A stretch of 64,000 nucleotides of DNA from Babesia bigemina (GCF_000981445.1 NC_027217.1:1-64000), one strand, 5' to 3'. Counted from the first letter of the stretch, positions 30,901-42,226 are shown. Notes: a model not told the origin generated them from the sequence alone. Translations and numbers: made by a program.

Positions 30901-33595
30901 GGGATTCATGGAGGCGTTCGAGGGCAAGCCGGAAGTAAAGCCCAGGGACAAGTATGCTTTCGAAGCGCCTACAGTTGAACTGAGTAAACTTGAAGCGTTT
31001 AAAGGAGCTGTTACTAAGCCACATAATTCCAAGAAAGAAGAATTTAAAACGCTGTCACAGGAGTTCAAGAAATGGTACATCAACCTCCACCTATATGTCA
31101 ACAAGGAGACCGTAAGGGTGAACAACGAGGAGAACAGCAAGAAGCACCCCGCTGGAACAGACGTTCATGACTACCAACGCAGGCTCTTAGCAATGTATGA
31201 CCGCTTCAATGAGTTGATGTCGCACATCACTAACGCAAACAGGTATGATCATCAGATATCAGGCCTGCTCGATAGGCTGTTGGAGGCGCTCCATGACCTC
31301 AAACCGGACGGCTTCTCTCAGCCTAGTACGCCGATCATAGATTGTGTCTCCAGCGGTTTCACGAGCTTCGTTGGTTTACTCCGTAACGTATACATCTCCG
31401 CGTACGACACGCAGACGTTTGACGGTTTATTGTGCACGGAAGAGACGAAGACAGATGATTCCGGACAGGCAAAGAAGCTAACCCAGCTGACAGATCACGG
31501 CCGAAAATGCGCGAAGGTGTTCCTCACACTCCTATGCACGCTTCTGAGTTCGTTGACCGTATTAAAGCACAATTGCAAGTCTCTGACTAAGCAGCAAATC
31601 AACAAATCCACGGACGTCGGTAGACAATTTGCCGAGCTAGGCTTCAGAGTATCGGACGACGGCAAGCAAAATGGCGAATTACACGATACGTCCCTAATTA
31701 CAGGGGAGTACGTTGCTAACAGCCTGACATTTAGAATTAAGAATGCCAATAACATTGAGCACCTTAAAACGTGCCAACGAAATAAAGACAGACTGACAAA
31801 TAACGTTAGCATCTTCGACATACTCAAGTGCATTTACCATCACTTCGAGGAGTACAACGAGGTCTGCCATCTCGCTTCCTCCTCATCCAAGTCACCTTGC
31901 AGCGTATACGAGATGCTCGTATGGCTCACCGGGCTGCCTTATACCGCTGCCAATTCGGTCATGCGACACGCAACAATCACTGAGCTATTCGAGAATCCGG
32001 ACAAGCAAGTAACGGACGGGGAGATCTCCGGCACTTTAGTCGGTGATTCGCCCATAAAAGCGCGGCCATATGACATCACGTTCGACAGGGTAATTAGGGC
32101 CATCGACCACGTCTGCTCGAAATCGTACGACGTTCTCACCACCGTAGCTGGGCACGGTGACGCCGACACTACGTATGGCAGCGATTTCTGCAATAACTCT
32201 CTGAAGCTGAGATATCCGTCATCCGGCGAAGATTGCTTCCAGATGCTGCTCGATGTGCTATGGAGGCTCTTGCCGGCTCTCAGGTACCTGCAGATGCAGT
32301 GTGTCTTGAATGATAAGTACAGCGGCTGGGCGAATTGCCAGTACGGCAAGGGTGTACCGCCAAGTAATTGGCCATGTAGCGACCACCCAAGCGACGAAAC
32401 AAAGTGCCAGGCAAACTGTCAAGCAAATGGTAAACCAACGTGCCGACCAACTTCGCCCCTTCAGTCCTACTTACATGACTGTTTAGTCGGCTACCTTCCC
32501 CACCGCGTGACTTCCATCGGCTGTAAATCGGTATGCAGCAATTGTCCACGGAACAAGCCCGGAATGCCCTGCCTGACACCCATGGGCTTCAGGGGATTTT
32601 CCGGATCGGCGAGAACGGGGAAGGATATATATGAAATGATAAATACTTTCTTCGGTACCGGCTTAATTTCATCGGTTCTCTGCCTCGTACCGAAGCCGCC
32701 ATCTACTTTGCCCGAGCATTTCAGTTTTGCTTCGTCACTTGTCAAGGACTGGCAGTACGGTGGGTCGAGCAAGGAAAATGATTTCCAATCATGCATCGAA
32801 ACATCCATTGACAAACTGTCGATCAGGCTTAATGAGAGCCGCAGCAAGTTCACAGATACACTTCGTGATGTATATGGCAGCAGCAGTAGCTCTCATAGCG
32901 CTCAGGGTCATGTAGCTGCATACACCGATCTGGCCAGCTTATCGAGAAATGCGACGTGTTCAGGTCTGGATGTTCAGTGCGGCCCGTATCTCCAATCGAC
33001 GTGTTACGATGCGTACAATTACCTCGCTCACAAGCACACCGACACTTACTTGTCATGGGCGCTCTATTTGCCATGGGAATTCTGGAATTACCTGAAGTCA
33101 TTGCTCGATGCCTTCCAACAGATTGATTGCGGAAGCTTCGGTTGCAGAGGATGCCCATGTAAGCCGGGCTCCCATGGTAAGGAAGCGAACTGTAAGTGCA
33201 ACACAATTGTAGGCTGTCGTGGCGTTGCGCCTACATTCTACAGTTACGGGTTCACATTAGGAGATGCGCAAGCTCTGATGCGTACGGACAGCGTAAAGAA
33301 TTGCGCGAATTTCGTCACGCAACTGAAAGCGTTATTAAATTCCAACTACTTCAGAACGTTGTTCGAAAAGTGCGACGAATTCATATTCACCATCCGCGCA
33401 CCTTTCTTGTGGATGACCGTCGCACTTTGGTCACTCTCCATCTTCTACCTCATCTGCGTAATGGTTGGCAGACTGGATGTGCTCCACATACGCTCACACC
33501 TGAGGACACCGTCGTCGCACAGGATAACGGCGCAATCGCTGTTGGCGGCAGCGCAAGTCGGAAGGCTTGCCAAAATATCGTATCTACAACCGTAA
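27911..33595 (+). CDS. ves-like gene 4 (divergent tail subtype RLDVLHIRSHLRTPSSHRITAQ...KISYLQP); no in-frame ATG at the 5' end
   Basis: Open frame from LADGDHSLTDD; GIVYSDLDRLCD box; Cys-rich domain; TM and tail. Confidence 0.82.
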   Translation, partial: LADGDHSLTDDATKKALNDIEEREKQLNELKNKLTKFTNDLGNDANNNILTHLCSGLEKFLGFNKDSKGYEGTGIVYSDLDRLCDGVMGFLSGVLSNIHKHLGQHKNEINIAIEALNTNKHLGKKGFSVAIVKVVEGVGRYNDAVRNSNNHVKNKITDFDREMKRLKKTVSEDLKNNSAAGAGRIVQGSVDSADQLVETCLSNANKFNKSLDTAKHENVRNAINDCNSIVRDDVNKARACVKLETEQFAALSSKQQEDRKVMREKIERCLTDLGTCVNDSIKKKVAKLVEDLGLKVKEIKRQLVEIQGKLVEYIRELTTWIDKAQPLINSAFEKVKEILEDINDGNSVKKPSLIKSTVTQIEGAVAMLKGAGEDAGKVVKEKVSAALKQVKEMNDALKQDLYSVKQEIQKAIVNHVKKQIKTPYDELEGNVKQDLTTLKGNIKSEVNAIVLSSNEFSDQFTATQHAIDAAIQKVHNKVNNFKHLSNFNTFASDFDSSVPMLTSIGASGNDFLQSLSEYLNLLCKDVMGPSSKAMEMIAAGIETSIGTHRLDETVIIADKHRKSLQQLLDIDASSSSMSALKILLGKDFDAPEFDLQKSATKIRRLRQQLTVQHPQSAKLKKQDLIDILNDLGNIAGAVSDHSEKVVKAAMKAIKAKVKGEISSATQIILNEAGTIKSGVQNGKVGEKVVYGEHDGDRQDVRGLKALVNQFDTKIKSALSTFRDKFESDFFKMKEPSSGEHDYELGPNLMKTFKTAYDALKDGKLKDDTFQKDVDEILNKEIGGTILAGGAAADRISNIEKNKFPNYDAQVNQDSLGLENPDQLAGKLPKAITEIKKQVEGAVKDVVKFYSYAEEDLKKVTTALQQLCQAVKAAGDNAHSDLKQLKETYFNQSEFVNGGIRIIKYQLTNLQEDDLTKAINEATKFLTDAAKIREQTVGSLKIDVDGQVKEVKRQLTSELDKQYITTMALQLDHFADRVTEHLKGLPEAIEKDKHTGFKGFMEAFEGKPEVKPRDKYAFEAPTVELSKLEAFKGAVTKPHNSKKEEFKTLSQEFKKWYINLHLYVNKETVRVNNEENSKKHPAGTDVHDYQRRLLAMYDRFNELMSHITNANRYDHQISGLLDRLLEALHDLKPDGFSQPSTPIIDCVSSGFTSFVGLLRNVYISAYDTQTFDGLLCTEETKTDDSGQAKKLTQLTDHGRKCAKVFLTLLCTLLSSLTVLKHNCKSLTKQQINKSTDVGRQFAELGFRVSDDGKQNGELHDTSLITGEYVANSLTFRIKNANNIEHLKTCQRNKDRLTNNVSIFDILKCIYHHFEEYNEVCHLASSSSKSPCSVYEMLVWLTGLPYTAANSVMRHATITELFENPDKQVTDGEISGTLVGDSPIKARPYDITFDRVIRAIDHVCSKSYDVLTTVAGHGDADTTYGSDFCNNSLKLRYPSSGEDCFQMLLDVLWRLLPALRYLQMQCVLNDKYSGWANCQYGKGVPPSNWPCSDHPSDETKCQANCQANGKPTCRPTSPLQSYLHDCLVGYLPHRVTSIGCKSVCSNCPRNKPGMPCLTPMGFRGFSGSARTGKDIYEMINTFFGTGLISSVLCLVPKPPSTLPEHFSFASSLVKDWQYGGSSKENDFQSCIETSIDKLSIRLNESRSKFTDTLRDVYGSSSSSHSAQGHVAAYTDLASLSRNATCSGLDVQCGPYLQSTCYDAYNYLAHKHTDTYLSWALYLPWEFWNYLKSLLDAFQQIDCGSFGCRGCPCKPGSHGKEANCKCNTIVGCRGVAPTFYSYGFTLGDAQALMRTDSVKNCANFVTQLKALLNSNYFRTLFEKCDEFIFTIRAPFLWMTVALWSLSIFYLICVMVGRLDVLHIRSHLRTPSSHRITAQSLLAAAQVGRLAKISYLQP

Positions 33596-33751
33596 TCATC
33601 GTCACATTTGTCATTCACACAACTCACGTAACATCTCACCTACTCACCTAACCGACAAACGTAGTCTAATGTGTCGAATTACTCTAGCGGCAACCTGTGA
33701 ACTAAATAACACCTAGATTAGGTGATGACTAAACGACCAAGCAACGTGTTG

Positions 33752-34166
33752 ACCTAGCACGCAGGTAAAGTGCTAACCTAGCACCCAGGCAAAGTGATAA
33801 GGTAGCACGCAAGCTAAGTGATAAGCTGGCAACCGGGGAAAGTGCTAAGCTGGCAACCAGGCAAAGTAGTAACCTAGCAACCAGGCAACGTGCTAAGCTG
33901 GCACACAGGCGAAGTGTTAACCTAGCAACCAGGCTAAGTGCTAAGCTGGCACCCAGGCTAAGTGTTGACCTAGCACCCAGGCTAAGTGCTAAGCTAGCAT
34001 CCAGGCAAAGTGCTAAGCTGGCAACCAGGCAACGTGTTGACCAATGCCATGACCAAAGTGCTAAGCTAGCACTCAGGCAAAGTGGTGACCTAGCACCCAG
34101 GCAAAGTGGTAAGCTGGCACCCAGGCAAAGTGCTAACCTAGCACTCAGGCAAAGTGCTAAGCTGGC
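33752..34166. repeat. 24-bp tandem array (CCTAGCACCCAGGCAAAGTGCTAA)
   Basis: Visible units; contains an embedded canonical 12-mer run at about 34031-34060. Confidence 0.9.
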
Positions 34167-34663
34167 GGATGAACCGTAATTTGGTAGGTGTTGTGGCGTT
34201 GAGTTGTGCGTTGACTGTGAGAGGTGTACGCGTTACCCATTGAGTGAGTGTCACGTGAGGCTGGGTGATTGGTCGCTAACGTAGGCGGCCGTGAGGGCCG
34301 CGGCGGGTGACGTAAGCCGTGTGTTGCGAGTCGCTGGCAGGGTGGCGCAATCCGAGTTGGCCTGGTTAAGTAGCATTTATAGGCGGCAATGTAGCGATTG
34401 TTAATGTCACATTTAGGCACGTAGCCGACACGCTCCGCCAGCATGGCGCCGATACCGCGGCTCGTAGCACGGTGCTGCTGCACTGTGGGAGTGGAGAGCA
34501 CGGGGTTCGCTGCAATTGTTACGGCGTTGCGAATAGTAAATGATTTAGAGTGACAGTTGGTGCTGATCACATGCGTCGCGTCAGGCGTAGCTGTGGTATC
34601 GTGGGCAGCGTGGGTGTCGGTGGCCTGGGCAGGGGGGATACAGGGGTGAGGGTGAGTGTTCAT

Positions 34664-35128
34664 GAGGGGACTGGCATCGGCAGTGGTAGTGTTGCAGTCG
34701 GTGAGTGCGTTGCTAGGTGATTGATATGTTTGCAGGTTGAGGGGAGTGGGAGCGGCAGTGGTACGTGTTGCAGTTGGTGAGTGCTGCTTAGGTGACTGAT
34801 ATGTCTGCAGGTTGAGGGGAGTGGGAGCGGCAGTGGTAGTGTTGCAGTTGGTGAGTGCGTTACTTAGGTGATTGATATGTTAGCAGGTTGAGGGGAGTGG
34901 GAGCGGCAGTGGTAGTGTTGCAGTTGGTGAGTGCTTGCTAGGTGATTGATATGCTTGCAGGCTGAGGGGATTGGGAGCGGCAGTGGTACGTGTTGCAGTT
35001 GGTGAGTGCGTTGCTAGGTGATTGACATGTTAGCAGGTTGAGGGGACTGGGAGCGGCAGTGGTACGTGTTGCAGTTGGTGAGTGCTGCTTGAGTGATTGA
35101 TATGTTTGCAGGTTGAGGGGACTGGGAG
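34664..35128 (+). repeat. About 75-bp tandem repeat (6 copies), each containing a GTGAGT...GCAG intron-like segment of about 35 nt
   Basis: CAGTGGTA recurs at 34681, 34756, 34831, 34907, 34981 and 35057. Confidence 0.92.
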
Positions 35129-35139
35129 GGAGAGGGAAG

Positions 35140-35622
35140 ATGGCGCAGTGGACTCCTCCGTGTGAGTGTGGCAAACAATGTAAGTTGCCTGACTGTTATT
35201 GCTGTCCTTGGTGTTGCAGAAAATGTATAGGACGTTGTTTTTACTGTATGGATTTCTACTATAAGCGCGGTAGTGGGCAAGCGCAATGCCATACATCGGG
35301 ATGTAAAGGGTGTGACATACGCAAATGTCAATGTGACTGTTGTGAGAAACAAAAATTGAAAGACCGTCAACAACGTGCCGCCAGTCAACAGCTTCCGTCC
35401 TCTTCCTCCCATGTCTCCTCATCTTCCAGGGTCTCCTCTACCACTGTAGGGCACCAGGTCTCCGGTTTACAGCCTTCGACCAGCCCCTCTGACTCATCAT
35501 CATCTCCCTCCCCCATCCCTTACATCATCGCCGCCGTCGCCCTCATCATCGTCGTCATCTGCGTCATGATCTACTTCCGCATCCGGCCGTTCCACAGGGT
35601 GCGGTATCTACTGCGCAGCTGA
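35140..35622 (+). CDS. Small Cys-rich single-pass membrane protein A (160 aa; 18-Cys head, Ser-rich stalk, TM, FRIRPFHRVR tail)
   Basis: ATG in AAGATG context shared with paralogues at 49678 and 51220; conserved Cys spacing. Confidence 0.8.
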   Translation: MAQWTPPCECGKQCKLPDCYCCPWCCRKCIGRCFYCMDFYYKRGSGQAQCHTSGCKGCDIRKCQCDCCEKQKLKDRQQRAASQQLPSSSSHVSSSSRVSSTTVGHQVSGLQPSTSPSDSSSSPSPIPYIIAAVALIIVVICVMIYFRIRPFHRVRYLLRS

Positions 35623-35692
35623 TGACAATAGCGTAACTGGCGACTGACGTCTAATGTTCTAGACAGTAATGATTGCGTTGATGATTAATCGC

Positions 35693-35866
35693 ATGAGCAG
35701 TGAGGTGACCATAACCCCTCCGTACTCCGCCATCGCCGCCGTCATCGTTGCCATCATCGTCGCCATAATCCTGCTCGACCTGTGCATCTTCCGCTTCCCG
35801 GTGGGCCGCAACATCCGCGATTTCCTCGTCCGCAAGATACCCTTCTGCATCGCGTTTTACAGCTGA
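35693..35866 (+). other. Orphan TM/tail cassette beta (AIAAVIVAIIVAIILLDLCIFRFPVGRNIRDFLVRKIPFCIAFYS); possible micro-ORF from ATG 35693
   Basis: Identical peptide to the C-terminus of 49678-50241. Confidence 0.75.
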
Positions 35867-35980
35867 TCGCAGCAATTTGTTAGCGCAAACATCGTTAATC
35901 CAAATCCCACCGATCACCTAACCGGCAACTGACATCTAATGTTCTATACAATGTAATGCGTGCGTTGATGACAAATCACA

Positions 35981-36169
35981 TGACCAAAGTGCTGACCTAC
36001 CACCTGAACTAGCACCTGACCGAAGTGCTGGCCAATGTGCTGACCAAAAAGCTGACCAATGCCATGACCAAAGAGGTGACCAACGTGATGACCAAGCACC
36101 TGACCAATGCCATGACCTATGTGCTGACCAACGTGTTGACCAAATGTGCTGCCCAAAGTGTTGACCAAG
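35981..36169. repeat. 12-bp tandem array (degenerate)
   Basis: Visible tandem units. Confidence 0.9.
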
Positions 36170-36172
36170 TTG

Positions 36173-36400
36173 ATGGTCACGGCAGCGATGACATGGCTAC
36201 GGCAGCGATGTCATGGTCACGGCAGCGATGACATGGTCACGGCAGCGATGATATGGTTACGGCAGCGATGACATGGTCACGGCAGCGATGACATGGTTAC
36301 GGCAGCGATGACACGGTCACTGCAGCGATGGCATGGTTACGGCAGCGATGACACGGTCACGGCAGCGATGACACGGTCACGGCAGCGATGACATGGTCAC
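36173..36400. repeat. 20-bp tandem array
   Basis: Visible tandem units. Confidence 0.96.
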
Positions 36401-36413
36401 AAGTAGTGATTAT

Positions 36414-36540
36414 TATCCACTCTACATCGCTCCTTAACCCACTCTACATCGCCCCTTTATCCACTCTACATCGCCCCTTACCCACTCTACATCGCCCCTT
36501 TATCCACTCTACATCGCTCCCTAATCCACTCTACATCCCT
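36414..36540. repeat. 22-bp tandem array (short)
   Basis: Visible tandem units. Confidence 0.95.
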
Positions 36541-36641
36541 TGAATCACCTCGCCATAATACGGCTATGACCTTTTTAAACCATAACAATAACTTGTGGCT
36601 TGTCACCCTTCACTTCCCCTCTTCCACCTCTTGCCACTGCC

Positions 36642-39600
36642 ATGTCCCATCATGTTCACCCTAACTCCAAATCTCTCGAATTACTTCGTCTTATTAACGC
36701 TATGACCTTTATAAATCCTTATAATAACTTGTTGATGGTGACCATTCTCTTACTGAGGATGCCAGGAAAAAGCAGTTGAATGGTATCAATGATAGCCGTA
36801 TTCAACTTGGTGAATTGGCTGGGCAGCTTGGCGGATTTGTTGGTCAAAGTGAGAGTGTTAAGAAAGCCGTTGTGAATGCTATTATCGCTAAAATTAACAG
36901 TAATGAAGAGCTTAAACATCTTTACTCTTCTCTTGTTACTAACCTTTCTGAGTCTGTCAAGTCTGCTGGCCAGGCTGATGACACCGGAAAAATTAGTGAG
37001 CTAAAAAGTAAAATTACCACTGAAATTAAGCTTACTGAAGAGACAATGAAGAAGCTTAAACCTTCTGTAATTAACTCTCCTTCTTCCCCCTCTCCCTCTG
37101 CTGAGTCAGACAAATTGCACTCCAAGTTGCAGGCTTTGGAGAAAGTGGAGAAGCTTTGTGAAAATTATGAGAAACTTAAAACTTCTGATAATAACCCAAA
37201 AAATCTCTTAGATAATTTATGTGACGGCCTCGAAACCTTCCTCGGCTTCAACTCTGCTTCCAAAGGCTACGATGGCACTGGGATAGTGTACTCCGACTTG
37301 GATAGGCTGTGTGACGGGGTGATGGGATTTTTGAGTGGAGTGCTTGGTGCGGTGAAAAACGAAAATGAAGTGACAACTTATGATAATTACATAACTTCAA
37401 CTAATATTAATAGTGTAGTTAGCAAAATACATGACTGTATTGGTAAGGGGCCGGAGGCCTTCAAGGAGGCAATGGCCGACGTGATTTTTTGGCTGCGTAA
37501 GTATAATTTTGTTTTGCAGGAAAAAACAAGCGAGTTAACTGCTGAAATAAGTAAGTTTATGAATTCCAAAATTGGTTATGACTATATTAAACGTGTTTCA
37601 GGTAGCTCGACGAAGAGCCTTCGAGAACAGCTGTCTGACTGGACCAATGTGGTCGGCGAGATTCAACGAGACCTAACAAAAATTGAAACCGAAAATATTA
37701 ATGCGTTAGATAAGACACTTAGAAATAATATCATGCATAAATTCGAGCCTGTTAAAACGTCGGTTCAATTGCTGCTTGAGTCCGCCCAAAATGATGCATT
37801 GGTGAAGCAGGCGACCAAGGTAGATGCTGAATTGGAGAAGCAGGAAAAAGAAATTAAGAAAGAGATACTTAGGCAATCTATATCAATTACAGACACCTTT
37901 AAAGAGGGATTTCAAGAAGTATTTAGGAATATACGACATCTTAGTGATGTGGAAAAAACGCAATTTGGGAGCATTAAAAATAGATTGGAGGAGGCGCAGA
38001 AGTTTTTGAATACTAAATTTGACTATGAATACAAAAGTCATGTTATTGGTAAGTTTGAAGATATAAAAACGGTAGTTAAAAACGTACATGCCATGTTATC
38101 TGTACAAAAACAAGGACTTGAGAAGTTAGTTGCATACGCTTGGCAGCACTTTGAACAACTTAAAATTAATACCATTAAAAAAGAGCCGGGCAACGGGGAG
38201 GACAATAGCATAGGAAAGAAATGGGAAGAGCTACAAACGCAGATTATATCAATAGTTGGTGATATTAATGGGACTGGTGCAGGGCACAACAAAAACCATC
38301 CAAGCCATGATGGTCTTGAAGGTATCCAAACTAGAACGAAGGAGTGGGCTGAAGGATTTACGCATTTTGAGAATGTAGTGGAGAAATGGGTAGCAGAGAT
38401 ATTAAATGATGGTAAGGGGATGGTAATCGATAAGGTTAATAAATATTATGGTAATATAACAGAAAATGATAAGACTGCGATTTCACGCGTATTTAAGGAA
38501 CAGCTTAATGCAAAGGTCATAAAAACAAATGGACCGCTCACAGTGCGAGTCATGGAAGGTCGCGACAGCATTCAGCAAAATATTAACGCTGTCCAATCCT
38601 CTTGCGATAAGTTTGCCAAAGTGCTTCATGAGAAGATCAAGGCGCACGACACGCTAGTCGACATTGCAAAAAGCATTTTGGAGGCGATTAACTTACAAGT
38701 GAAAACAACCACTAAAACAAATGACGCACGCGATATATCGGATGCTATTCGTTCCACTCTGGAACAACTCGTGGGAATGTCTAGGAGTGCATCCCTCGAG
38801 ATCAAATCTGTAACTGCCGAAAATAGCACTTATAGCCTTGGAAAACGCGTCGATGAGGCGTTAAAAGAGATTGATAATATCCGAAAGGAATTCGTAGCTG
38901 GTGGAGAAGGGCGTAACGGCAAATTTATAACCGCGGCATTGATAACGGTGAATGACAAAATACGTCTACTTGAACCTATATTGAAAAATGAAGCTACAGG
39001 CTCTTTGCGTGCTACTGCGAACGCGGTTGAAACTATTGTCACGGAGCTTCAAGAATTTACGAAAACGAAAAATACAAATGGCAGCATTGAACAAAAAAAG
39101 CAAGCGGTCGTCGACAAAATGGCAGATTTGAAATCCCAGATTCAATCGCATATCAGTGTCATTCTTAAGGCTGTCGTTGATGCAGATGCGTATTTGGAAG
39201 CAGTCATCAATGACATCCAAGATGCATTAACTGAAGCTGATATAAAGGCCAACCAAGCTGTCAACCAACTGAAGGAAGAACTGACAGAGAAGGTGGATAA
39301 GGCATTTCACATCATAAACATTGAAGTAAAATCCCTATTTGCCAAAGAAAGAACCGCCCACCTCTCCGCCCTCAAGACCCTCGTCACCAGGCAGCTCAAG
39401 ATCATCACCTGCACCGTCAACAAAAACCTCAACACCGGCCTGAAAGGCTTCCTCAAGACGCTGAGCGGGGATTATGTCGACATTTATTTGGCTGGTTATA
39501 AGGAGCGTCCGAAGCATCTCCCTCCTAAAGCTCAGAAGACCAATCCGCTCGACGAAGTGAAGACCGCTCTTGAAAGAGGTGAACATGGAGACAAAGTTGC

Positions 39601-42226
39601 AACGCTGTCCTCCACATTCAAGCACTATTCTGAACACATCTTCGATTACCTCGATAAGGACCTCAAACATAATTTCGCCTCCCAGCCTCAGGTCATCGGC
39701 CAGTATGACCAGACTGTCTCCACCATCCGCTCGAACCTCACCGATCTCCTCACCCACATCAGCGCTCACAAACACTTCGACCACCAGGTTCCCGAGATGC
39801 TCGAAACGCTCAAGACATCCCTCACCTCCTTCAAGTCCTCGCACTTCGGCAACGCATCCTACCCCGTGCTCGACGCCTTTCCCCGAAGCCTGGAGCAGTT
39901 CGTCGGGGAGCTGGAGAGGATGTACGTTAGCAGGTATGATGGGCATAAGCAGAAGGTTAATATGGGTAAATTGGTTATTAGTGATGGTGATAAAGGTGAA
40001 AAATTAACGGATGACGGCAGAAATTTGTCGAAGGTATTTTTGACGATTTTGGTGACTTTGAAAGCCGGGTTAGACGAGTTAAAGCAGAATGCTCCAAACG
40101 CCTGGAGAGGAAGACAAATTTATTTGCAAGACAGTAACGAAGATGAAAACTCATTTGGTCAATTTTTGAACAAGTGCGGTTACAAAGTTTCCAAGTCGCA
40201 TGATTCCCATGAAGGTCACCTGAGGAATAAGGAGCAGTGCAAAGGTCAATATATCCACGACGGTCTTCTTGTAGGCGATAAGCAGCATATTTATCACTCA
40301 GATAAAAACGGTAAACGTGCACTCGAGATACTTTTCGACTATTTGGAGACATACAACGACTTATGCCATCTCTCAACATTAACCTCCAAGAGACAGCCAT
40401 GCTCCGTGTACGAGATGCTCGCTTGGCTCTCGGGACTAACGCACAATCCGGTACACCAAAGTAAGCTAAGCGTAGCCATCATGAACGTTTTGGAAGAGCT
40501 ATACAAAAGAGGTAGAGAAGATGAGGGAGAACATGGCGACGTATTAGCAGTAGAACGACAAGCAGACGGAGGGGAGTTCAAAGTGTCATTGGTTGATGCA
40601 CGCTCCGTATCCCTGGAAGCCTACCCACGTGACGTATCATATGATGAACTGTGGGCAGCCGTGACGCATATATGTTCGACTTCATATGACGTCCTTTGCG
40701 CAATTGCCGGTCACGGCGACGAATTCACGACATACGCTGTGGACTATTCCAACAATCACATGAAATTCAATTACCCCCAAAACGGGGAAGATTGTCTCGA
40801 TATGCTCCTTGACATCCTTCGTCGAATGTTGCCAACATTACAATATTTGTATAGTCAGTGCAGGCTCAGCAATGGGCTCAACGGTTGGCAAGCGTGCAAG
40901 TACGGCAAGGATATCATGACAGCCAAATGGCCATGCAAAGTTCATCCATCCGACGAACCAGATAATAAATCAAACTGCCAAGCAAAGTGTAAACCAACGT
41001 GCCAAGCAAAGTGCGAAGTAACGTGCCAAGTAGATTGCCAACCAACATCGCCATTGATGAGTTACCTGAACGACTGCTTGCCGGGTCATTTACCTCATCA
41101 ACTTACTAAAATTGGATGTAAGTACGAGTGTTCCAATTGCTCAACTTCTAAAAAGGGTAAGCCTTGCCTGACGCCTCTTGGATTCAAAGGTTTCTCCGGA
41201 TCCACACGTATGGGTAAGGACATATGTGAAGTGCTGACCAAATTCATCAACATCAAGCATCTTACGGGTCTATTCACGCTGATTCCCAAGCCGCCTTCCA
41301 CGTTGCCAGAGCACTTCGGTTTTACCTTGGCGCTGGCGATTGGTATTAATGCAACATCTAGAACTAATAATTACGATCCTCATGCGTTTAGAGGCGTGTT
41401 TGCCGCATCCATCTACGAGCAAACTATTAACCTCTGTACCGACCAATCCACATTGACCAATGCGTTAACCGACGCATATGGGTCGCCGTCTCCAACACAT
41501 GGCGTATGCGAACATGCCCACGTTAGAAATCTCACGGCGTCCGATAGCTGCAAAGGGAAGACCAATTTGGAACTCGAATGCGCTCCGTACCTTGCCAATT
41601 TATCTGTCGACTGTTATCGATACCTCGGTAAAAAGCATTCCAACCTCTACTTGTCATGGGCTGTCTACCTCCCTTGGAGCTTTTGGACGAATCTTAAAAA
41701 TCTATATGACGCGTTTTGCAACATTTACTGTCAAGACTGGGGCTGTCGTGGTTGCTTAAGAGGCGACAAGTGCAAACGTGGAGAACATGGATCAATAAGT
41801 GACGCTTCCAAACAACCTAATTGCCAATGCCACTCCATTGTTGACTGCAGAGGCGTCGCTCCAACTTTGTACAGTTATGGCTTTTCCTTCGGTGACCCAT
41901 CGAAATTGCAGAACGAGCATTATCCAAACACATGTGCCGACTTCCGCAAGCAATTGAAAAATGTATTGAAGTCGGAATACTTCACAAAATTATTTGAAGA
42001 GTGTGACAAATTCTTATTCACCATCAGAGAGCCCTTCATCTGGCTCAACGTCGCCCTCTGGCTCCTCTCCTTCCTCTACCTCCTCCACATCATGGTCATC
42101 CGCCTCGACCTGCTCCACATCAAATCGCATTTGCACTCACCATCATCACATCGCATAGCTGCCCAATCACTACTCGCCGCGGCACGTGTTAACAAACTGG
42201 GCAGGGTGTTTTACCTGCAACCTTAA
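36642..42226 (+). CDS. ves-like gene 5; candidate ATG 36642 (MSHHVHP) is separated from the main frame by a 53-nt interruption
   Basis: Main frame open from 36728 (LVDGDHSLTED...); conserved boxes, TM and tail. Confidence 0.82.
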
